This document shows, piece after piece, positions 52,808 through 64,000 of a stretch of 64,000 nt of DNA (position 1 is the first letter of the stretch; each line of letters begins with the position of its first letter). The stretch is taken from positions 62,001 through 126,000 of the forward strand of contig JAAOMT010000129.1 of assembly GCA_016748015.1 (NCBI GenBank), given 5' to 3'. The translations under genes and the position numbers were made by a program. The stretch comes from Geosiphon pyriformis uo1. Its lineage: Eukaryota; Fungi; Glomeromycota. The notes under the pieces were generated by a model, which worked only from the letters and a program-made list of their open reading frames with translations, was not told where the DNA came from and made no database searches.

Positions 52808-55800
52808 ACAGTTAGGCAAAATTTTTGACAAAATTTTACAAGCAGTTTCTATTAAAGCAATTGACTGCGTATTAGTGAGACATTCTTTCCATTCATATGG
52901 TTTAGAAATCATAGAGATTCAGGCACATTTCTACAAAGCCAGAACATCTCTATGCATAAGACAAGAATTCAGTAAGTTCAGAAGACAACTCAACACCAAA
53001 TTATCACAATGTTTCCAAAGTTCATTTGAGACATCTGAAAGGCCAGCAGCTTTGCCATCTGGCAAATTCTTTACAACTGCACATAAATCACCCAACCAGA
53101 TTTCATTTATCACACCAGAAAAAGCATTGTCAACTATATAGTCCAAAGAGGCATACTGACAGGACCACAGATCAGACACAGAATCAAGTACTTTGTGTTT
53201 CTTAGTTCAATCAACCATAATATTATCAACTTTGGCCTTTACTTCAGCCAGTTTCAGAATTAATTCCCCATTTAATACCAAGTGATCAAGAACAATCTTG
53301 TGAAAGGGGTGCTTTAGAATACTACTGATCATATTACTCTTTTCTAAAACAAAGTCATTCATACATTTACCAATTGCTCTGTTAATAGAAGCACTCTTAG
53401 CCAGCTCAGATTCAATATACTTAGTCTTATAGTAATGTTTTTTAACAACTGACAATTGTTTGAAAACCTCTACAGAATTGCTATATGTATCGAGCAAACC
53501 AGAAATTTTGGAGAATTTTACATCATCTAAAACTGACCAAATTTTAACAAAACGGACAAATTTCAAAGAATTACCCACATTCAGAGTCTTAACTATCTTA
53601 ACAATTAACAATTCAAGTCTGTAAAACCTAGACAAATGTTTGTTCCTGGAACAGTCAAAAGTACTGTATCAATGTTTAGAAAAAATAAAGTCTGCTGACT
53701 TTGTTAACATCTTTTCCAAAAGTTCTCACATAGCATTCAAGTCACCAAAATCCTTAGCAGCAGCAAAGTCATCTCTCAAAAACAACATACCAGCAGTGGC
53801 ATGATCATCAAAACATTTCCATTTAGCAGCATCTGAGTCCTTAAAATCAAACTTCCAACAGTCTGTGTTTGCAAGCTTGTGCAATGTATTTAACTGCTTG
53901 TCTAAAAGACCACCCAGTCCCACTGAGATCAACACAGCCAAGTGATCAGTATCAAAATGATCAAAAACTCCACCAATACATCCATCAAACACAGCTGATG
54001 AGAGATGATTACTCACAAAAATGAAATCAATAGTCTTTTTCACTCCTCTGAAATTGTACCACATAGAAGACTTGGATATGGAACCTGCTAAAAGTACATT
54101 GTGTAAACCCAAATCTGAGCATTTTTTGAAACTTATACTATGCCCAGCCCCATTCTTATTAAAATCACCACTGAGAAGAATGTAAGAGCTAGAGCTAATT
54201 GTCAATGCAATAAGAGCATTGACAGCAGAAGCCTGCTTGAATCTTACACCAGCTGAAGCACCAGCATACAGACCCAAAATCATAACAAAAGCCTTGCTGG
54301 CAAAAAGAAAACGAACAAAAATAAGGCATCCAGGGACTTCTGAAATTTTACACATATGATAAGCAAGATCATCATTCAAAATGATTGCAATCTCTGCTCC
54401 ACAATGTTCAGAATCCATCCCAAAACTAAAAACTTTTAAACCAGAAAACCTATTTTTAATCCATGGCCCAGTGCAACCTTTGAGCTTAGTCTCAATAAAA
54501 ATAGAAACTGAATTGCAAAAATCTTTATGCCATCTAATAGTATCTTCCTGTTTAGCTAAATTGTTCAAACTCTTAACATTATACGTGGCAAATTTCCAGA
54601 CCAAATCACTCATTAAAAGTTTATAGGAGCTGGCAAACCCAAACCAGAACACAATTGATCCAACTTTACCAAAACTGACTCAACTAACACTTTCAAAGCC
54701 ACCAACTTAGATTCCAATTCACCCACCTTGGTGGTTAAAATCTTTGAGCTACTTGAGCTAAGATTAGCAACTGTGTCTGCAACAACTAAAGGAGAAAGAA
54801 TGGAAGACACCAGTATACCATTTAGAGCCATATCTGAATCCACAACAGAGTCCAAAAATGCCGGAACAACCAGAAGTGAGACAAATGACTTGGATGCCAA
54901 AGGCACTAATTCCACAAAACTCAGCTTCTTCATAATGTCAAACACCTGATCTGCCAAAAGCTCCAAAGACCTTTTCAAGACCACTAAACAATTACTTAAG
55001 CCAGAGAAGACTGTAGACACAAGAGGAAAGATACCACCAAGACTTGAGAGTCCATGAAGAAAAAGACTAGAACCAGACCCAAAGTAAGTACTGTCAGAAG
55101 ACTTAGAGAGTGAGACCACTTGGGTCCAAAATTTGCTACCAAAAGCAGCAGGGTGAGATATCAGAACACATTTTTTTTCATACAATTTAGCAAGCTGAAA
55201 ATGAAGTTCCTCTGAAGCACTCTTTTTGTATGATCCCTTAGATGATGACAGCATGATTGCATCTGGTGTATTACATTTAAGAGCCAAATGTCCAAAATGC
55301 CCACACTTTTCACAATGAACCAAATCCATTCTAGCCCAAGAGAGTCTTATTTCATTAAAGATAGGCTCCATGTAAAAGGCAGATTCTAGATTATTATCAG
55401 AGACAAAACCGACTACTGCACAGTAAATCCTATTACCAGTTTTCATGGATCTAATTATGATGCATGTTTTCCCACCAGCACTTTTCAAAAGATTGCCCAA
55501 ATCATGAACAGTTGTTCCTACAGATAAAGTAAACAGAAGTGCTCTGAACCAATCCCTAAATGCCCAAGTCTCACAATCTCTTACTGCTTTGGCTACACAC
55601 ACAGAATCTTTACCAATCAGAAATGACCACTTTGAAGCCAATGAATCAGCTTGGTTCAATTCAGCAAACTCCACCATAGTCTTTTGTCACATTCCAATTA
55701 ATTGAATTTTGATCGACTTAATTTCCCCAAATTCGGATACTGTGGTGACAATCATATTTTTAAATGTATTTATGGGAATTTTCTTGATTATCACAGCCTG

Positions 55801-56639
55801 ATCTGACCTCATTTCTTGTCTCTTAAGATCACTATTTACATTGATCTCTTTTTCTCTGGCCAATGATATAGCCATATTCATGCTTTTTTTGGAAGTGAAG
55901 GTAGATCAAATGATCCCTTCAAATTTTGAGAGAGTAATGGCCCCCCCAAAACCATTGATTGATAAAAAAAATTTTCTAATTAACTGAGTTTTTGCTGTTG
56001 CTGATTTCCCTTCTATAGCACTAAGATTGATATCAAGAGCAAAAAATTTTTTGGCAGACACCTCAACTTGAGTCTTAATAATTTTTGGATCAATCCATTT
56101 CTTTTCCAAAAAGATTGAAAGGCAAAGAAAAAGAAAGACATCTTCATCATTATCCATGACAAAATTAGGAAATCCAAGAGATGAACTGAAAATAGTATCA
56201 GTATTAATATGCTTGGCTTTAAGAGTGTTGGCAGCTGAATCCAGAAGAGACCCAACATTAATGCCAGTCATGTTAGCACTTTTCTTGTCACCAAACACAT
56301 TATCCACATCAGAGAACATATTGTTACCAAGTTCAGACTTGCTTAGAGAGATATTTTTTTTGTCATCTGAGTGTTTGACATTCTCAAGCACAACTTTCTT
56401 CTTCTGCAAGAAGGAACCACCAGCAGGACCATGAAAAGCACCCTTTGGTGCCTTCTTTTTAGACATGTTGCTACTAGAAGCAGTCTTCAAGTCCACGAAA
56501 AAAGGATTATTAGAAAGAGAAATTGTGAAATACTAACAAGAAAAAATAAAAAAAACTTTTTTTTCAGAAAAACACTTTTTGAGAATTTATGAATGTAAGG
56601 GAGAAAGAAGTTTTTTTCTGTTATAGAAACTACTAAATA

Positions 56640-58496
56640 AAATATTTTAGAAATTTTTTTCTTATTTAATAATTATAAAAAACTGTCTTTGGTAATTACT
56701 AAAGTATTTTCTTTATTTTTGGCTGGTTTTTTATCAGTCAAAGTTTTCTTAAAGAGACACATATAAGTTAGTTTTAATGTTGCTTTTATCTTATCTAAAA
56801 GCCCAAAAATTTTTAATAATAGACTGTTTAACAAACTGGTTTTTTCTTTTATAGCTTTTATATTTGGTGCTGTTAACACTATCTCTTTAAAAAATATAGT
56901 TAAAAAGACTAAATATTTAAAAATATGGAAGCAATTACTTACTTCTGTTATTATTATATTAAACTCTTAATAAGATCTTTGTTGTATTATCCAATACATC
57001 ATTCAAAATAGGCCAAAATCAATTACTGATTGTGTTGCCAAATGTAATATTCTTTAACAAATTATTGCCAGTTTTATAAGCAAAACAACAATTTTTTGTT
57101 AAATCATTTGCTTTTAAAAACTAGACTAATCAAATAGAAACTGATTCAATTTCTTCTCTGGTTTCTGGTGCTGTTATTAATAATGCTTGGAAAACCATTA
57201 CTAGTTATTAAAGATTTACTAGATAAATAGTCTCTATTCTGGTACTTGATACTACTTTTAAAATCAAATTGGCTTATGTTAAGACTGTTTTCTAGTCTGT
57301 ACATAGTTTTTTAAATGTAAAATTGGTGTTAAAAGACAATATAAAGCTTTTTTATATGAAATTTGCTTCTTAAGAGTCTTTGAAAACTGTCTTTTTGGTT
57401 GAGCTTACAAGTTTTGTTCATTTAGCCATTCTTAAAATTGCCAAGTCTTTGGTAATTTCTGAGTCTAATTCTATTTTTGCTACTGTTATATTATATAATA
57501 TGCTTTTAGATGTATTTGCTGCTGATATTAAAACAGCTTTCAATGTGTTTGGTAAAGTTATTTGTGTTGTACTAAAGCCTATTGGCATTTGGCAATATGT
57601 GGTTGTTTATTTTAAAAAACTGGACTTTGTTGTATTTGTTTTAAATTATTAGTTGGTTTTAATAGATAAAAATAGTATTAAAATCTTTCTTTTAGTAAAT
57701 AAAAATGAAATTATTTTGTTTTATAATAGGTTTAAGACCAAGTTGGTTAATTTTTTTTCTGGTTGTACTGTATTTAAAATCAGTAATATAATTTTTTAAG
57801 TTGGTAGTTAGACATGTTTTATTCCTTACTTTTTTAATTTTGGTTATCATTTTCAGTTTGTTCTGATTATATTTGAATCTCAAGTCAATTTGAATACTAT
57901 TATTATTAAAACTAGTATACTAAAAAAGTGTTGTATTTAGTAGGAAATTTCTGGCTGCTGATATTGTTTTAGATGTTAAGAAATAGACTATTTAACTGTA
58001 AATTATAAGGTGTTTCCATTTTTCTTTTTCAAGATTCTTAAGGTATTTATATCCTGTTTTGTAAACTCCAAATTTTATGCCAAAACTTCTGCTCCTTTAA
58101 GCTTTTCTGAATTTCTTTTTTTGATAACTTTTGCTTTTTTTTTTGTTATTGTTAATAATTTTTTGATGTTATCTTGGTTGTATTTTTTGAAATCTGATTT
58201 AATCAAACTTTTTGTATTAATTGGATTAATTATTAAGTTTGTTAGCTCTTTGATTATTATATTTGAACAGTTTATTAATAATAATTTGGTTTCAAACAGT
58301 ATTTTTAATCTCAAGATTAATAAACTATGATTTATTTGGGTTTTTTAACAAAATTGTTAATAAATTAGGAAAAAAAATAGTTTTACTGAAAAAAAAGTAT
58401 TATATAAATAATATTAATATGTTTGGTAATTAAAATTTTCTGGTTGGCATTGATAATAATATATTTTTTAATTTAATATTTCTTTAGTTATATGAG
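56640..58496 (+). mobile_element. LINE copy E: heavily decayed ORF1 of a divergent subfamily, cut off by insertion of LINE F
   Basis: FGKVICVVLKPIGIWQYVVVYF..LIDKNSIKI..RFKTKL..TCFIP parallels ORF1 of B/D (FGEIKSIKIQLIGMWQKAVVEF..LIGKDSV..FRALL..TCII). A decayed CFRC knuckle lies at ~57960. The copy ends abruptly at the LINE F poly-T. Confidence 0.7.
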
Positions 58497-61400
58497 TTTT
58501 TTTTTTTTTTTATTTCATTTTATGAGTGAGGTCCAAACACTACCTAGAGCTACACATCAAGGAAATGATCTATACTAAGCGTGAATCATGTATTGTCTAC
58601 ATGTGACCAGTCATTCGGGCCAATCAGAACAACACTACTCAGATATACGAACTGAAACTAAACTGCCTACACCAGAAAAAAATAAACATGGTTTACAAAA
58701 ACCGAAACGAATGCTCACAGCCTTAGTGATGTCAAGCAGCTTAACAACACCAGTAGAAAACCCTGAAACCAGACCAGAGACTGAAACAGGTGTTGAACCA
58801 TCCAACAGAATCAACTTGGCCTTCTTCATGTAAGCATAATGCTTAGCATGAACCATCCAAACATCATTCCTAAAGGCAAGACCAAGAGAGCGCACAAACT
58901 TAACCACCTTTAGTCCTGCAATTTTGGGATCACGGAACACAGAAACAGCCTCGCGAAACCAATCATTAAACACAAAACCCTTGCATAGAGCCACAAACAC
59001 AGGGAAATCAGAAGCACAAGATAACAAAAGCTGTATTATAGCTGATGAAAAGAGTGACAAACCAGTAAAAGCCTTCCAAGAAGCCACATGAGAATCCAAT
59101 ATCTGACTATGAGTAGAATCGTTGACCTTACAAAAAAACACATGGTCCAAAGACTCCACATCACCACAATATAAACACAGCACACTAAGGTAATATTTAT
59201 TATAAAGACGCTTCCTCATAGCAACAGGTAACTGGTGATGCAGAGCCTTCATGAAATAGGTACGAGCATTAGCCGAGAGCCTGCTAATGAAGCCGGTGGC
59301 CATGTGCAAGTCAGGATGCCAGACCATAAAAGAGCAGAACCAGTCAATATCAAAAAGCATATTATCCTTCAAAAACCTAGTACCAGAACCAACTTCCCAG
59401 CATGCACAACAAATTGATTGGCAAATATCATGAACAAAATGTTTCGAATTGCCCAAAATCACACCACCATCAGCCACCAAAAAATGTTCATCCAAGCGAG
59501 AATGCAGACGCCAACTGGAAAGAGAGACAATGCCAACAATCTCATCAGCACGCTTATTACCAGAAACGCCAGAGTAACCTTTGACCTTGTGCCAACTAAC
59601 TCTCAAATTTTTACTACAAATAACATTAGCGATATGCTGACACTTGATCCAATACTAATTGCGAAAGTCAGAACACACAAGATCCATTTCTGATTCACAA
59701 GCACTCAAAGCAAACTGACTATCAGAAAACACGTGAATGGAACAGGACAAAGGGACACACTCTATGGCCAATGCAATAGCCTGCAATTCTACAAGGGTGG
59801 ATGACATCAAGCCTGATACACCAACTTCCAAACCCAAACCAATGTCCTCAAAAAAAGCAGCAGTACCCAAACTTCTCAAAGATCCGTTCGTGTAAACAGA
59901 CAAGCTACCAGAAATAACCTGAGAAAGACGACCACAAACAGAAGCATAATCAGTAGAACCAAGAATATCTTGATAAACAGCACCATCTGAGACAAACTGA
60001 TCATCAGAAAGGAGAGAAGCATCATTGAAAAATGCAGTAGCAAGCCTGAACCATTCCGAAATGGTGCCACGGGGGTCCAGCCTCTTCCACCACTTGAAGA
60101 TATACCAGTCAAAGATGGCATCATGACAATCACGAAGTTGATCAACAAAGGCAATGCCAAACTGACAGAAAGAAGAAAGAAACTTGGAAAACTTAGATTT
60201 GCCCAAAACAGTAGACATAGGTGCACTACTGCTAGACCAAAAAGAACTAACAAAAGATCCACCCAGAGACAAATTGCAGTCAAGAAGAATATGAACCAAG
60301 CCTGCCAAAAAGTTGTTGGAAGCACTGATATTAACTCGAACAGGGAAATTTAATGGATGAACAGGACACCAACACTGAACTTGTAAGTCATGAGACCTGT
60401 GAGAAAATAAGCAACCCAAGATTCCACCAGAGTTCACAAAACTGACGAGAGAGGCCACTTTACACTCAGACTGTATCTGCGAGAAAGATTTCAAACCATA
60501 AAATGAAGGGTGGTGCAGCATATCACTGGGAAAATCAAGTGGAAGGCCAGACTTAAGCTTCAAGCCCTTGCAGACCAGAGCATCTCACTTGGCACAAACA
60601 CCAACCGATATAAAACTAAATTGTGTCCAATAACTGATTATGGGCTGGAAAACTGCCAACACCAAGTATAGGAATTGTTTATCTGAAATAGCTTTTCTCA
60701 GAACCAAATTGACAAAAAAGCGAACGTCTGAATTTGCCTTAGCCAAGCTCGGCTTCAAAAGACCCTCAGTTAAAAGAAAAATACCCAGATACCAATGAGG
60801 TTCCCTCTTCTTAGCAACGGAAATGGGTGAGCCACTAATAGAAAGGGAGAGACTGCTGACTCTACTATTGATGGGAATGGCCACTGTTTTGTCATTGTTA
60901 ACAGAGATATTGTTGACCTGAAAAAATTCACTGGCAATATCGAGAATATGCTGAGTGGCAGCTTGACTGTTACCAACCCAAATTGTATCATCGACAAAAG
61001 CACCAGCGGCGAAAAATGAAGAAAGTCCAGCCCAAGTCTCAGCACGCCCATTTTTAGAGATAAAGTACGAATTCAGTCTATACCCACACACACTCTCCTG
61101 ACGTTTAACTTCACACAACAAAGAATCATAGAAAATGCGCCACAGAAGGAGGGAAAAAACTTCTCCCTGATCTAAGCCATCATACACATGATAACCACCA
61201 GTTAAACCAAAATCCGTCATCACTCAATTGGTGCAACTCCTGTATATACTACCAAAGAACCGAATAAACTTGCTGCACATCTTAATTCTGACCAGGCTTT
61301 TTTCAAGATGCTTCCAGCCAACTGAATCATAAGCCTTCCTCATATTCTGCAGCACCAGCCAGAGCTCACAATTTTTTTCCAGAGCATCCTTAATTACTGA

Positions 61401-64000
61401 ACCAATTGTAAAAATGGGAGACTGAGTAGTCGTACCCTTCAAAACCAAAAAATTGTCCTTACAAAGAACATTGAAAGTACTGCATGCAGCAGAAATCCTA
61501 TTAGAAAGAACCTTGGAAAGAATCTTGTGGGCTGTCTTGATCAAAGCAATAGGATGTGTGTTTGTCAGAACACCTTCCTACTCATAAGACTTGGGAATTA
61601 TCGAAACCCAGGCCTCTCTCCATGGGCCGGTGTTACTGGAGGTTTTTTTGGTCTCTTTTCTTAAATGTTGTTGATGCTTGTTTGCTGTGAATTCACGTTT
61701 TCTGGATGTGGTTGAACCTCCAGTAACTGAATTTATCTTCAAATTATCTCCTATAATTTGAACTGCTGGGCTTATAAGTGGAATGGCCAATTCCGTGCCA
61801 GTTATTTTATGTAGTTACGTTGTAGTAAACGTCAACTCTTTCCCAGGAATTGCTCGTCTGGAAGCTCACTAAAAAATGTGTAGTTACTTTGCTGTGAAAG
61901 TCAACTCTTCTACAGGAATCTCGTCTGTAGGCTACCCNNNNNNNNNNNNNNNNNNNNNNNNNNNNNNNNNNNNNNNNNNNNNNNNNNNNNNNNNNNNNNN
62001 CATTTCGGCGAACTACAAGTTATTTCGCTGAACTATGAATTATTTCGGCCAATTTCCATTAATTTCGGCGAATTTTTGCTATGTTATATGGTTCAGGGTA
62101 TTGTGTAAATTGATCATCTCAATTTCTATGGTCCAAATCGGGTTATTGATTAAATGATGATAATTGCTAATTTGATTAAATAATAAGTGAAATTCGAAAC
62201 GATAATAATATGTGCTAATTAATGATAGGAATTATAAGGGAAATTTCATGCTAATTAATAGCTAAAATTCTACTGGTAACACCGGGCACTGATTCACCAG
62301 CCAAGCAAGTGTTCAAAAGCACCAACAACATCTCCAAGACAGACCTATCACAATGTTTCCAAAGCTCATTTGAGATACCCAACAGACCAGCAGCTTTGCC
62401 ATCAGGAAGGATGGAAACCATCCCAAACAACTTGTCAAAACCAATCGGACACATCACCTTTGAAAAAGCCTCATCAAAAACATACTCCAAAGGCTGATAT
62501 TGGCGACACCATTTACTTGACATATTATCGACCACCCGACGCTTCCTAGTTCAACCCTTCATGATCACGTCCACCTTGCTCATAACCTGATCAGGCTCCA
62601 AAACCAGTTCACTATCAACAACCAAGTGATCAAGCACCACCTTACAAAATGGGTGCTCCAGCACACTCCTTATCGTATAATCTTTATTGACCTCAAAGCT
62701 TTCCATTCTCTTATCTATGGCTGATCTAATGTTAGCCTTCTTGGCGTTCTGAGACTCAATGAGCTTAAATGCACAATATGATTTTCGAGTGCTTGAGAGA
62801 GCAAAAAGGACATGACCAGAGTCCATACCAAAATCCATCAGATCCCAAATGATTAAAGCCTTAATACTGTCCAGAGAAGTCCAACAATCCATGAAAGAAG
62901 CAAAACCAACAACATCTTCCTTACGCGATGTCTTGATGATCTTAAAAACCAAAAGCTCCAATTTGTAAAACTTTGAGGATTCCTTAGAGAAAACTCTATC
63001 AAAGTTCTTGAATCATTTTTTTTTGAAAGTACTATTAGCTAAAAGCACTATGACCTCGCAAATGACGTCCCACATCACATCCAAATCTGAGAATCTTACA
63101 GAGGTGGCAAACTTATCTGAGAACATTGCTGCATTGGCCAAAGTGGCACACCTGAAATTGTCCCATTTACTCTCATCAATGCCCCTAATGTTAAACTTCC
63201 ATTGATCTCTATTCGCCTGCCTACGAAAAAAGTTCGAATGCATATCCAAAAGTCCACCCAAACCCACAGACACACAAACTGTTTGATGATCAGTATCAAA
63301 ATACTCACTAACATCCAAAACATCTTGGCTTACTATCGCATTGACCAAATTTGACGAAATGAACACATAATCAATAGTTCTTACAACACCCCTTGAATTT
63401 CTCCAGGTAGGACTTTTTGCCAATGAATTCCCTGCCAGAGAATTGACCATTCCCAAATCCAAACACTTCTTAAAACTAGCACACCTGCGAGAGCCATCTT
63501 CATTGAAATCACCACCCAAAATGACAAAAGAAGACTCATTCACAGCCCTAGCTATCAAGGAATTGACTTCACTAGCTTGAGAGAAACGGACTGCCAGAGA
63601 AGCACCAGCATAAAGCCCCAAAATTGATACCAAAAGTTTGTTCTTAAAAAGCAACTTAATTGAAAGAAGCCAACCAGGCACCTTAGAAACCTTATACACA
63701 TGGCGAGCCAGAGAATTGTCTACAACAATAGCAACACCCGAACTCAGATTACCAGAATCTTGACCTGAAGTAAAGACTCAAACACCATCAAACCTAGTTG
63801 CAATCCATGGACAGACCTTACTCTTTAGCTTGGTCTTAGTAACAATAGAAATCAAATTGTTCATATTCTTGTGCCAACAAATGACATCTTCCTGTTTTGC
63901 AGGATTGTTCATACCTCTAACATTACACGTGGCAATTTTCCAAATTAAGTGAGTCATTGAGAAGACAGGGGAACTGACAAACCCAAACCAGAGCACAGAA
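58497..64000 (-). mobile_element. LINE copy F (ORF2 63957-58635 and 3'UTR; ORF1 lies off the right edge), interrupted in RT by an LTR; least decayed copy
   Basis: MTHLIWKIATCNVRG, GGDFN, TDH, GLDQGEVFS, AFVDDT, YTNGS and CLYC..DHVFFC. Poly-T at 58497-58511. Confidence 0.93.
61631..62281 (-). mobile_element. Family-1 LTR (solo, or collapsed full element) spanning an assembly gap, inserted in LINE F RT
   Basis: TGTTA/TAACA termini and a perfect TSD CCGG (61627-61630 and 62282-62285). 61631-61937 is near-identical to the 3' part of the Gypsy LTR. An N-run occupies 61938-62000. Confidence 0.9.

Larger units (their letters stand above)
40006..56611 (-). mobile_element. LINE copy D, full length, interrupted in RT by a complete Gypsy element
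   Basis: 13-bp TSD TTTTTTCTGTTAT at 39993-40005 and 56612-56624, with a poly-T at 40006. ORF1 spans 56496-54610 (CEKCGHFGHLALKC). ORF2 spans 54613-52808 plus 42927-40142, with APE, RT (AFMNDT) and RNase H (FTDDS, KVKGHSG). Confidence 0.93.

Noticed and set aside
61938-62000. N-run
   Set aside because: Assembly gap, not a biological feature.

Overview
Eukaryotic, intron-rich fungal DNA. The gene style and transposon families suggest Glomeromycota/Mucoromycota (inference). An ~18.5 kb gene island (20.3-38.6 kb) holds CCR4-NOT scaffold NOT1, a hypothetical gene, an SDF2-like MIR-domain gene, an FCP1/NIF-like HAD gene and a BRD8-like bromodomain gene. Both flanks are nested, decayed retrotransposons. 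There are six copies of a LINE superfamily (ORF1 with a CCHC knuckle; ORF2 APE-RT-RNaseH-Zn), labelled A-F here. There is also one full-length 9.9 kb Ty3/Gypsy element with 987-bp LTRs, and three further LTR copies. Main observations: (1) all three LTR insertions that hit LINEs land within the same ~290 bp of the LINE RT domain; (2) repeats show transition-only C:G>T:A hypermutation (about 43 of 43 LTR differences); (3) the Gypsy element is unusually complex, with an AUG-depleted leader and GUG-initiated Gag extension, an unknown Cys-rich domain plus dUTPase in Pol, a separately initiated integrase, a non-env ORF3 and a 20-bp-phased motif array in U3. All alignments and counts were done by eye.
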